IMG/VR virus record: IMGVR_UViG_3300005611_001957
Span: 1 to 41,639 of that record
Reading direction: 5' to 3' (one strand)
Length of the DNA: 41,639 nucleotides
Origin: a virus
Lineage: Duplodnaviria; Caudoviricetes
The notes beneath the pieces are model-generated. The model was not told the DNA's origin, ran no database searches, and was given only the letters and a program-made list of their open reading frames with translations. Positions 1-8,081 of the stretch are shown one piece after another. A program made the translations under genes and the position numbers. The number at the start of each line of letters is the position of its first letter. The stretch's first letter is position 1.

Positions 1-320
1 AGTAATCTGTTAGTAGCCTTTGGTTCTTCAACCTTTACCGTTTCAGGTTCTGCGGGTACTTCTCTAATAATAGTTTGTGTTGGTGCAGCTTGAGGTATAG
101 TCAAGTTGATTGTTGGGCCTTCTACACTAACATTTTGATTGTTGTTTTGAGCAGGTGCCTCAATGCCAGAAGGTTCTTCATCTTCAATACCAATGAATGA
201 TTTTACCTCATCCATAAACATTGTACCGATGCCAGTTAGTATAACCCCAGCACCTGTTGCGATTTGAGCCTTCAAGTTGGATAGTATCCCACCACCTTTT
301 TCTTGTTGTTCATCACTCAT
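1..320 (-). CDS. Hypothetical membrane-anchored protein, truncated at window edge (not in ORF track)
   Basis: Read manually: ATG at 320, MSDEQQEKGGGILSNLKAQIATGAGVILTGIGTMFMDEVKSFIG...PAEPETVKVEEPKATNRL, open to position 1. One hydrophobic segment, then a Pro/Glu/Thr-rich linker. Confidence 0.8.
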   Translation of the reverse strand, partial: MSDEQQEKGGGILSNLKAQIATGAGVILTGIGTMFMDEVKSFIGIEDEEPSGIEAPAQNNNQNVSVEGPTINLTIPQAAPTQTIIREVPAEPETVKVEEPKATNRL

Positions 321-435
321 CGTTGTTTCCTTTAAGTTTGTCTTTGATTTGTAGTATTAATATTATTAAGTTCCATAGTATACTAGGTAAGAATGCTAAA
401 CCTATTACACCTATCAATAAATATAAGAGTTCCAT
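313..435 (-). CDS. 40-aa single-TM small protein (not in ORF track)
   Basis: MELLYLLIGVIGLAFLPSILWNLIILILQIKDKLKGNNDE*. Exactly fills the gap: starts 2 nt after the upstream stop and overlaps the downstream ATG. Confidence 0.65.
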   Translation of the reverse strand: MELLYLLIGVIGLAFLPSILWNLIILILQIKDKLKGNNDE

Positions 436-437
436 TT

Positions 438-758
438 TTAATTTGAACCTGTATCAGATAATGAAACGCCATCCTCTTCGTCCATCTTCTGCACTAACAT
501 CTTATCTTTATCTGTATCTGAAAACCAATAATCTATAATCTTACCATACGACCCAATAAATGCACCGAGTAATAAAAGTAATAACTCTTTCCACTCTCCA
601 GCAACTTCCGTACCCACATGTATAGATATGATTATACCCAATGTAACCATCACAAACGTAAAAAGAACGATGGATGTAATCATCCACCGTCTATTCATCA
701 TTGAGGTAAGTAGGTCTTTAAATCCCGTGTTTTCTTGTTGTTCTTCTTGTTCAGTCAT
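438..758 (-). CDS. Two-TM membrane protein (holin-like topology)
   Basis: Hydrophobic helices WMITSIVLFTFVMVTLGIIISI and LLLLLLGAFIGSYG, acidic tail; TAATG coupling to the upstream gene. Confidence 0.7.
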   Translation of the reverse strand: MTEQEEQQENTGFKDLLTSMMNRRWMITSIVLFTFVMVTLGIIISIHVGTEVAGEWKELLLLLLGAFIGSYGKIIDYWFSDTDKDKMLVQKMDEEDGVSLSDTGSN

Positions 759-2698
759 TATTTTATTAGTGTTAGTTTTTTAGTTTCCACACCTCTCTCT
801 GTTGTCAATCTATACAAATAAATACCTGATGAAAGGTTTTGTGCGTTAAACTTCACGATATAACTTCCTGTGTTGTTAAATCCCTTGTACACATTCTCAA
901 TGAATCGTCCGTGAATATCATAAACATCTATTGATACTCGTTGTGGGTTTATAATTGAAAAACTAATGTTAGTTTCAGGGTTGAATGGATTTGGATAGTT
1001 TTGGTCTAACTTAAATCCTTTTGGAAAATCACCTTCGTCAATTACAGGAGAAATTACGTGTAAATAAACTCTACCGTTTATTACTTCAGTTGTAAAGTCA
1101 TCACCTCTATTATCACCTGTGTTAAAGTTATCACCAAATCTAATAGGGGTTTCTCCAATACCTGTTACTTCTTTTGCCTTAAACTTGAACTGTATAATAG
1201 TTTCCATTGTGTCTGTACGAATTGGGAAGTTACCTGTACTTGCATCTAACCCACCATACTTTACATTACCTAAACTGTCACTATTAAAGTATAGTTGCCA
1301 TGCGTTTGGTAAATAAGGAGTAGATGCTTCCATAAATTGTAACACATCGGGGTCATAATCTAACTCAAAGTTAAACGAATGTACATCCTTTTCAATAGTA
1401 TTCATTGTTAGGTCTACCAAAAACTCATCACCTGTTGAAACGGTTTGGTCGGGTAGTTGTGCAATAATATCAGTAGTCACTACACGTGGAACGAGTAGTT
1501 TTGGTAATGACCCAGCGGGTGGAGTAGAACCACCTAATGATGTTAGGTTTATATCACCCATTATTACTACATAAAAGTTTACATCGTGTGTTGTAATTGT
1601 GTTATAAGCATTTAAGTCATAAGTCCAATTTGTTTCTTGTGGTGAAATACCAAGTGGCCCTGTACCAACGCCGGTTACAACACTTGTACTATCATCTTCT
1701 AAATACTTTATCTGTTCTGGCTTAATGAACATAACATCTCTATATCCACCTGCACCTAAACCACTCCAATTTGTGTAAGCACCTGAGTTGTATCCGTACA
1801 TTACGTAAGAGTCAGCAATTGTAGATGTATGTGAATGGTTTACATCACTCGCTAATCGTTGATATGCATTGAGAGATATTTTTCCATTCGCATATAAAAG
1901 TTGTTTGTATGAATCAGCGGTTGATAAAGCACCATCACTATCTAAATCCTCGGTCTTAAATAAAAAGTCAAAGTCAGTAGTGTTGTTGTTAATTGCACCA
2001 TAGTAGTGTTCATAGTACACCATCTCATAATACCCATTAGATGTAGTCTTAGTTGGTTGACCACCAAGTACAGTTGTAATCAAAGAATTAGCACGATATA
2101 ATTGATACTCTAAGTTTGGTATTCCTTTATCAGTACCATAATCAACAATATACCCACTATACTTTCGGTGTGGAATGGTTACTGCACCACCGTGTGAGTA
2201 TGTTCCAATAGATATATCAGAACCGTTGGCATTAGAACCTACTGCAGAATACCCAGCAAATGTAAATGCGGTTATGTTTTGTTCGTTTGAGTAAAGTAGT
2301 TTGGTTGCTATATTACTCATTTTAAGAGTTACAATTGCAGTATCAGGAAAAGATGTTACCTTTGAGTTCCCTGTATAAACCAAACTAACCAATACCTCAT
2401 CGTTGGTTTGGTCTTCATTATATGACATTGTGTAGTCCGAAGATAGGTTGTTTGTAATAGTATACAAACTGTCAAACGTATCACCATCGTATGCTACTTT
2501 GAACTGAACTGAAGTTACATACCCTGTGTATGAAGTTCCGTCAAAATAAATCTCTACATCGGTGGTGTCGTTAAATGGTGAAGTGTTATAATCGTCAGTT
2601 AGTACTAACCAAGGTGAACTACCACCATTACCTGATGTTTGTGCGAATACTAGCATTGGAGATACTAGTAGTAAGAATAGTGTGAAAAGTTTTTTCAT
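758..2698 (-). CDS. Secreted cohesin/dockerin-domain protein with T9SS (Por) C-terminal sorting domain
   Basis: Signal peptide MKKLFTLFLLLVSPMLVFA-Q; cohesin-like segments (SVQFKVAYD; SFNFELDYDPDVLQF); paired dockerin-like repeats (DLDSDGALSTADSY, SDVNHSHTSTIADSY); C-terminal QNYPNPFNPETNISF...VYDIHGR...LSSGIYLYRL...KKLTLIK. Confidence 0.8.
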   Translation of the reverse strand: MKKLFTLFLLLVSPMLVFAQTSGNGGSSPWLVLTDDYNTSPFNDTTDVEIYFDGTSYTGYVTSVQFKVAYDGDTFDSLYTITNNLSSDYTMSYNEDQTNDEVLVSLVYTGNSKVTSFPDTAIVTLKMSNIATKLLYSNEQNITAFTFAGYSAVGSNANGSDISIGTYSHGGAVTIPHRKYSGYIVDYGTDKGIPNLEYQLYRANSLITTVLGGQPTKTTSNGYYEMVYYEHYYGAINNNTTDFDFLFKTEDLDSDGALSTADSYKQLLYANGKISLNAYQRLASDVNHSHTSTIADSYVMYGYNSGAYTNWSGLGAGGYRDVMFIKPEQIKYLEDDSTSVVTGVGTGPLGISPQETNWTYDLNAYNTITTHDVNFYVVIMGDINLTSLGGSTPPAGSLPKLLVPRVVTTDIIAQLPDQTVSTGDEFLVDLTMNTIEKDVHSFNFELDYDPDVLQFMEASTPYLPNAWQLYFNSDSLGNVKYGGLDASTGNFPIRTDTMETIIQFKFKAKEVTGIGETPIRFGDNFNTGDNRGDDFTTEVINGRVYLHVISPVIDEGDFPKGFKLDQNYPNPFNPETNISFSIINPQRVSIDVYDIHGRFIENVYKGFNNTGSYIVKFNAQNLSSGIYLYRLTTERGVETKKLTLIK

Positions 2699-2748
2699 TT
2701 TCTCCCAATTTATTAATTATTGTGTGCCAATATGGGATAACCTTTTAC

Positions 2749-2772
2749 TATAAATATAACCTAATAAATATC
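2749..2772 (-). promoter_or_regulatory. Two ATATTTAT motifs (candidate late promoter) associated with a 9-bp inverted repeat
   Basis: Sense strand GATATTTATTAG and TATATTTATAG; IR aatataacc (2753-2761) / ggttatatt (2773-2781). The motif recurs in other intergenic gaps. Confidence 0.45.
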
Positions 2773-2809
2773 GGTTATATTAAATAATAGGATATGAAAT
2801 ATTTTCATT

Positions 2810-3490
2810 CTAATCGGAAATCTTTTCCAAAAATGAATTCCAAGGAAAACCGTTGCCGGGGTCTGTCTTACCTTTTCGTTCTCCACGGACATCATCACCT
2901 GATACGTCACTATGTCTAACAACATCTTTGGGTTCTATGTTGTATGTTTCCATCCACTTACGAGTAAGAGATACTGCTGCATCAAACTGTTCGGGGGTAT
3001 AACAACCTTCTTCTTGTATTTTCTTACTGAACCCACCAAAATCGTTGTTTCCCGATACCAATAGTTCAAACCCTATGAAGTATCCATTAAGGTGTTCTAA
3101 TCCGTTATGGACGGATTTTCCAGCGTGGGCAGCCTTTTGTGTGGTTGGGAGTACATCTTCAATAGTTCCATCGGGGTGGATAAGGGCGTGAATACCAAGT
3201 CCTAGTTTTTCTAGTAATTCTTTTGCAGTAATCTCTTCCCCTTCCCAATCAATCAATTCGGTCATAGAATGAACTACAATACCAACAGGTGATAAGTCAT
3301 CCATAGAACAACCGAACATCTGTTTCCAAGTCCCCGACCCAACTAACCCATCAGCATCAACACCATTCTCGGTCTGCCATTTCTTTACGTTCTCTTCAGT
3401 ACCACTACCGAAAATACCATCGGGGTGTTCTCCTACTTTATATTGTATCTTTTTTACTGAGGGGCCTTGACTTCCTTTTTTGATAATCAT
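2810..3490 (-). CDS. Endolysin: PG-binding domain plus N-acetylmuramoyl-L-alanine amidase (Amidase_2)
   Basis: PG_binding_1 repeats (DGIFGSGT, WQTENGVDADGLVGSGTW); amidase motifs IVVHS, AAHAG, IGFEL, HSDV...KTDPG. Confidence 0.9.
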   Translation of the reverse strand: MIIKKGSQGPSVKKIQYKVGEHPDGIFGSGTEENVKKWQTENGVDADGLVGSGTWKQMFGCSMDDLSPVGIVVHSMTELIDWEGEEITAKELLEKLGLGIHALIHPDGTIEDVLPTTQKAAHAGKSVHNGLEHLNGYFIGFELLVSGNNDFGGFSKKIQEEGCYTPEQFDAAVSLTRKWMETYNIEPKDVVRHSDVSGDDVRGERKGKTDPGNGFPWNSFLEKISD

Positions 3491-3502
3491 TTACTATCTC
3501 TC

Positions 3503-4363
3503 CTAGAATATCTCTGATTTAATTGTTTTGGGTATGTTGTTTTTCATCCAAGCAAATAAAGTTTTTTTCCAAGCAGATTCAGGTAACACCCCACCACCTT
3601 CTTTTTTAATAGGTAAATATAAAAAGTCTTGTACTACTGTTTCACTTCCTGAAAACTTCGGTGATACTTTCATATCATTACCTTGTTCATCTTGAAAGTT
3701 TATAGTGTGTTCTTTGTTGTTTAGTATTACATCAATTCTACCATTGAGTCCGTTTGGAACTCGTTTAGTTAGAATACTATGAACTGTTTTGGCTGCACCT
3801 TTATGTGTATTTAGTAAAATATCATCGGGAACTACTCGTTCTCTATTTTTGTTTCGTTCCACTGCAAGGTGATAACTAGTTAGTACCCACGTCAAATGAA
3901 TATTCTTTGGACTATAACCAGCATTCAATAGTAATGGCATCACATCTGTAATATCACCCATATCTTTTAACGTCACGTCAAATAGAATGTTAGGTAATCT
4001 ACCCGATTCTGCTTGTGATAACATTAGTAATAATGTCTTGTCTTTTATACCTAACTTTTTAACAAACATATGAAGTTTGTATACATCATCAGGGTTTTTT
4101 AAGTCTAAGTTACGGACTTCGGGATATTTCTTTTTTAAGTCGTCTAGTTTCATAAACGCCTTTTTCCACTCATCAACATCTCTTACCTTGAATGAGGCAG
4201 AGTCTACAAAGTTTTTGATTGCGAAACCTTTACCACTACCAGCACCACCGGCCATAAATACAATCTGTCCATATGGTTTTCTACTACCATAAGTGATTAG
4301 TTTTTCATCTAACCGCTGTAATGTTTCTCTTACAAGTTCCTGTATTCTTTGCTTTAGTTTCAT
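3503..4363 (-). CDS. Zeta-toxin-like P-loop kinase
   Basis: Walker A FMAGGAGSGKG, then DVDEWKK, ILFDVT and lid AVERNKNRERVVPDDIL, typical of Zeta/AAA_33-type kinases. Confidence 0.7.
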   Translation of the reverse strand: MKLKQRIQELVRETLQRLDEKLITYGSRKPYGQIVFMAGGAGSGKGFAIKNFVDSASFKVRDVDEWKKAFMKLDDLKKKYPEVRNLDLKNPDDVYKLHMFVKKLGIKDKTLLLMLSQAESGRLPNILFDVTLKDMGDITDVMPLLLNAGYSPKNIHLTWVLTSYHLAVERNKNRERVVPDDILLNTHKGAAKTVHSILTKRVPNGLNGRIDVILNNKEHTINFQDEQGNDMKVSPKFSGSETVVQDFLYLPIKKEGGGVLPESAWKKTLFAWMKNNIPKTIKSEIF

Positions 4364-4929
4364 TTTACTAAATAATCAATCCAATCAGTTCCACGGGTAT
4401 CGTCATTAGGGAATAAGAACTCAACTTCTTTATCATCCCATTTAATAATCTTTCTAAATGCGAATGGAATAGTAGCACCTGTTGGTAGTACATCACTTTC
4501 GTTAGTAAAGATTACTTCTATTCTCACACTTACTTCATAAAAGTTAGCAAGGTTTCTTTCAAATCCTTCCAACCTATTCCAAATACCACGGTTAAGTGAT
4601 TCGTGTTGTAGAGCAGAGTTGAGATAAGTGAATGTTTTTTTCAACATTTCTTTATCACAATTAAATGCGGCAGCAGGAGCGAGATGTCCTTTATCCCAAA
4701 CGTTATTTGAATAATCATCATCGTCTGATGTATGAACTCCATCTACTTCATAGAAATCCATACCACCACGGTCTGCGTCACCATTAGGACAAAGAACGGT
4801 ATATTCTACCCATAGTGGTTGTTCTAACTCTTCGGAATACTCTACGGTGAAGATGTCTGTCTCTATCACCTTTTGAGCAAATAGGTTGAGGGGTAAAAGA
4901 GTTAGTAAAAGTAATAATAATTTTTTCAT
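4360..4929 (-). CDS. DNA/RNA non-specific endonuclease (NucA/EndoG family) with signal peptide
   Basis: Signal MKKLLLLLLTLLPLNLFA-Q; active site DKGHLAPAA; TFTYLN..LQ..LNRGIW..LE. Confidence 0.9.
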   Translation of the reverse strand: MKKLLLLLLTLLPLNLFAQKVIETDIFTVEYSEELEQPLWVEYTVLCPNGDADRGGMDFYEVDGVHTSDDDDYSNNVWDKGHLAPAAAFNCDKEMLKKTFTYLNSALQHESLNRGIWNRLEGFERNLANFYEVSVRIEVIFTNESDVLPTGATIPFAFRKIIKWDDKEVEFLFPNDDTRGTDWIDYLVK

Positions 4930-5288
4930 TATGATAGGTGTTTTAATTTATAGTGTGTAGATGAAACCAATGCTTCAATGTCATCGTAAACATTGACTAA
5001 CATACCATCTTGTGGTAGATTTTCTCGTTCTTTCTGAACAAATCCAAGTAATTTCTCAAAGTAAGAAATAGTATCTTCATCACCACTCAATCCTTTAATG
5101 TTGGTTGTAAATCCAAACTCTACAATACCATACTTACCTTGATAGTTTTCTGTCAACGTATCAATCAAACCAACAATACCTTCGTAGTATTCTTGTAATG
5201 CAAGATGTTGTGAAAAACTCTTAGTTTGTAAGTGATACACGTGAGATTGTATCTGTGATGAAAATAATAGTTCTAAAAACTTCTTCAT
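4929..5288 (-). CDS. Ferritin/Dps-like four-helix protein (DUF5856-like)
   Basis: HVYHLQT.SFSQHLAL.EYYE...IDTLTENYQGKYG pattern of phage ferritin-like proteins. Confidence 0.7.
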   Translation of the reverse strand: MKKFLELLFSSQIQSHVYHLQTKSFSQHLALQEYYEGIVGLIDTLTENYQGKYGIVEFGFTTNIKGLSGDEDTISYFEKLLGFVQKERENLPQDGMLVNVYDDIEALVSSTHYKLKHLS

Positions 5289-5290
5289 AC

Positions 5291-6055
5291 TTAACTTGCT
5301 TCGTTTACGGATTCTTTTAGTTTAACTCTTTTTTGTCTTTGTGTAACGTTAACTTCTCCTGTTGGAAACTGAATATCAGTAGTGGTTAAATCTACTCTAT
5401 TAAAGATTACATCTACAAACACACCAGCAGGGTCTTCTTCAACTTCAATATGAAGAGTTCCTCTTTGTGTTGGTATTTTGTAAGTTTTAGAAACTGTTTC
5501 GTTTACTACGGATTCTTTTATCTTTTGGACAATTTTTGGGTCTTCATCACCATAAAAATTGAATAAAAACTCTTGTGCCTTACTATTACTATAACCCTGT
5601 CTTTTCAAATCTTTTTTGGCAAAATCAATTTCTTTAAAAATAGGTTCGTACCCAAAAAGTTTAATTCTTTGTGCACTTTTCCTATTCATTTTACGTTCGT
5701 TTACTGATTCTTTTACTGATTCTCTTCTACTATTAACAGGAACCATATCAACTAGTCGGATTTCCTCTGATTTACGTTCAACACCTTCACCCATATTAGT
5801 TACAATGTGTCTTACTGTTTTAGAGTCCATATAATGTTTTACCGCACCAATATAGTCAGCAATTTTAGTAAGTTTAGATTGAACCCACGCAGGTAAGTTA
5901 GTTGAGTCATCAATCGTATTCATAATATCAGCCGCATACTTCATCGTTTTCAACATCTGTGATTTAGCCATCTCACCTTCGTGGTCAGGTTCGTCCATTT
6001 GATATTTTTGGATTTGTGTGAGTGCTTCTTCTAATTGTTTTAGTTCTTTTTCCAT
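5291..6055 (-). CDS. Modular putative head/internal protein with ESV(V)NE-separated modules
   Basis: N-terminal module (DHEGEMAKSQ...LPAWVQSKLTKIADY), then ~60-aa modules delimited by ESVKESVNE, ESVVNE and ESVNE. Confidence 0.7.
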   Translation of the reverse strand: MEKELKQLEEALTQIQKYQMDEPDHEGEMAKSQMLKTMKYAADIMNTIDDSTNLPAWVQSKLTKIADYIGAVKHYMDSKTVRHIVTNMGEGVERKSEEIRLVDMVPVNSRRESVKESVNERKMNRKSAQRIKLFGYEPIFKEIDFAKKDLKRQGYSNSKAQEFLFNFYGDEDPKIVQKIKESVVNETVSKTYKIPTQRGTLHIEVEEDPAGVFVDVIFNRVDLTTTDIQFPTGEVNVTQRQKRVKLKESVNEAS

Positions 6056-6080
6056 AATAGTGTGTTTGTTAGTTCTTTGG

Positions 6081-6089
6081 TATAAATAT
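6081..6089 (-). promoter_or_regulatory. ATATTTATA motif (candidate late promoter)
   Basis: In the intergenic gap, about 25 nt upstream of the ATG at 6055. Confidence 0.45.
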
Positions 6090-6097
6090 AATTTTAA

Positions 6098-6349
6098 TTA
6101 CTTTATCAGTTTAAATGCAACATTTACCATTTTAGGTAATGAAAGTTTTCCAAATTTATCTTTGTTTGATTTGCCTAATGCATCATAGACCTGAGTGACT
6201 GCGGATGCAGAATACAAATCTACTCTCATCGTCTTACCACTTACAGGGTCTTTTATTTTTTTGTTTTGTTGGTCTTTGACAATACTTCGTAATTGAGAAA
6301 TTACTTCAGGTTCTTTTGATTCGGCAAGTATTTCGGTTAGTTTAATCAT
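6098..6349 (-). CDS. Small putative head protein with MIKLTEILAE leader
   Basis: 10-aa leader ending L-A-E, followed by a VDLYSASAVTQVYDAL module. Confidence 0.7.
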   Translation of the reverse strand: MIKLTEILAESKEPEVISQLRSIVKDQQNKKIKDPVSGKTMRVDLYSASAVTQVYDALGKSNKDKFGKLSLPKMVNVAFKLIK

Positions 6350-6350
6350 C

Positions 6351-7595
6351 TTAGTTAATATATGCGGTTAATTCAAAGTTTCCACTTTCCATTCCATAAA
6401 CTGAGAAGTGTAGTGCTTTTCTTTGTGGTTTACCATTTCTTAAAAGTCCAACACTAAATGAGTGAGTTTTACCCACACTAGGTCTACCTCTACCATACCT
6501 ACCACCAAAAGCAACTTGTGATTGCCAATCATCCTCATCCACATCATATCCTTTTTTCAAAGCGTATGCTCTAGCAGCTTCAGCTGCATTGGTGAAGGAT
6601 TTGAAATAAGTTTCATTTGATTCGTTTACTGATTCAGGTAATCCGAATCTTACAGTATGTTTAAATGATGGATTTTTAGAATCTAAATCAATAATCACAT
6701 CACCACTATGTGATTTAATTTTTTTCAATAATTTTAATATTGCCTCTTTCTTTTTATCATACGATTTAGCACGAGTATTAATAATATTAGGATTACGCAT
6801 ACTTGCCTTATATATTAAACCCGGCAAGTCTTCTACGTTTAAGTCTAAATTACGAATAAAATTATCTATGTCACTATTCTTGTATTTAATTTCTCTACCA
6901 CCATACGTAATAAGAGTTACTGACTTTGCTTCGTTTACTACTGATTCTACTTGGTAAATCAAGTCATCGTGACTTTTCTTACTCACATAGTCTTTCATAT
7001 CGGGTGTCAATGTCAATGAAGTATCAGTTTGATTTACAATCTCTTTGGAGTTTGGTTGTAGAGATTGTTTTTTCATATACTTTTGTTTTGCAGCTTTACT
7101 ACGGAAAGTAACTTTTATATTTTTTTTCTCGTCCAACCCCTCTGCAACTATCCAACCTTTTCTTTTGTATTTATCAAAGTCTTTTTTGTTAATCACAATC
7201 ACTTTACCATCTTTTACAATCAACATCTCTTTCTTAGGGTCTCGTAACTGTCGGTCACGTTGGAACTCATCTATACTTTCTTTTTTAGTTTTCCAACCAC
7301 CACCTGCGGCCTTGTATTGTTTTGCTGCCCAAGCATTTGCGTATGCTGATGGGTAAACATCAAACTTTTTCTTAGCCTGTGATTTGTAATAAGACCATTT
7401 TGATGGATTTGTAGGAACATTCTTTTCTAAAAATAGTTCTACTTCTTTTAATTGTTGTTCATTTACAGGTTTGGACATTATTGATTCTCCTTGTTGTCTT
7501 TTTTTACGTCCAGCACAATGTGCCTTTTGACTGAAACCCTTGGGGTTATTACAGTCTATTGATTTCTTATATGACTTACTCCACTTCTCGTTCAT
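6351..7595 (-). CDS. Modular basic polyprotein-like putative head protein
   Basis: About six modules separated by PVNE/FLE, ESIDE, EGLDE, ESVVNE and ESVNESNE; includes KWS..YKKSIDCNNPKGFSQKAHC and KFDVYPSAYANAW..K.YK..GGGW modules. Confidence 0.75.
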   Translation of the reverse strand: MNEKWSKSYKKSIDCNNPKGFSQKAHCAGRKKRQQGESIMSKPVNEQQLKEVELFLEKNVPTNPSKWSYYKSQAKKKFDVYPSAYANAWAAKQYKAAGGGWKTKKESIDEFQRDRQLRDPKKEMLIVKDGKVIVINKKDFDKYKRKGWIVAEGLDEKKNIKVTFRSKAAKQKYMKKQSLQPNSKEIVNQTDTSLTLTPDMKDYVSKKSHDDLIYQVESVVNEAKSVTLITYGGREIKYKNSDIDNFIRNLDLNVEDLPGLIYKASMRNPNIINTRAKSYDKKKEAILKLLKKIKSHSGDVIIDLDSKNPSFKHTVRFGLPESVNESNETYFKSFTNAAEAARAYALKKGYDVDEDDWQSQVAFGGRYGRGRPSVGKTHSFSVGLLRNGKPQRKALHFSVYGMESGNFELTAYIN

Positions 7596-7689
7596 CGTTT
7601 GATAAATGTTTTATCTCTTTAAGAATCTGTTGTAAGTTCTTAATTTCTTCTTTGATGATTTGTCTTAATTCTTCTTTAGTTATTTTCAT
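7576..7689 (-). CDS. 37-aa leader-like peptide (not in ORF track)
   Basis: MKITKEELRQIIKEEIKNLQQILKEIKHLSNDEREVE*; ATGA overlap with the upstream stop; fills the gap. Confidence 0.6.
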   Translation of the reverse strand: MKITKEELRQIIKEEIKNLQQILKEIKHLSNDEREVE

Positions 7690-8081
7690 TTTTTTATGTA
7701 GTTTCTAAACTTTTTATCAGTTCCTGATTCATCATAGTATTTTGCAATATCACCCAACCGTATATTTTTTCTGGCAATAAGTAAATACCATTGTTTTCTA
7801 TTATTATCCCATCTAGCACCATAGTATTTTTTAAACCTATCCTTCATAGAATATGGGATGTTAAAGTATATTTTCATCTCACCATATTTCATCAAATCAT
7901 CTTTATACTTAGCATATGGATGTCTCATAGCTTGACGTTCTCTGTCTTTCTCCTGTGCAACAAGTGCGTCAAAGGTTTTCTTATCTATCAACCCTGCTCT
8001 ATAATCTCTTAAATAATCGTAATACTCTTCATTTAAAGATTCATTAATAAGTGTTTGTATATGGTTTCTTTTTATTTTCAT
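7686..8081 (-). CDS. DUF5710-like domain protein with ESLNE leader
   Basis: IYFNIPYSMKDRFKKYYGARWDNNRKQWY matches the DUF5710 pattern (Y..VPY..KD..K..GARWD...K.WY). Confidence 0.65.
   Translation of the reverse strand: MKIKRNHIQTLINESLNEEYYDYLRDYRAGLIDKKTFDALVAQEKDRERQAMRHPYAKYKDDLMKYGEMKIYFNIPYSMKDRFKKYYGARWDNNRKQWYLLIARKNIRLGDIAKYYDESGTDKKFRNYIKK

Larger units (their letters stand above)
5300..6947 (-). repeat. Five dispersed in-frame repeats GAATCMGTA(GTA)AACGAA encoding ESV(V)NE
   Basis: Copies at 5300-5314, 5498-5515, 5696-5710 (plus partial tandem copy 5711-5722), 6621-6635 and 6930-6947. Confidence 0.9.

Noticed and set aside
5300-6947. ESVNE repeats as a CRISPR array
   Set aside because: Repeats are only 15-18 bp, in frame in coding sequence, with 180-900 bp irregular spacing and no cas operon.
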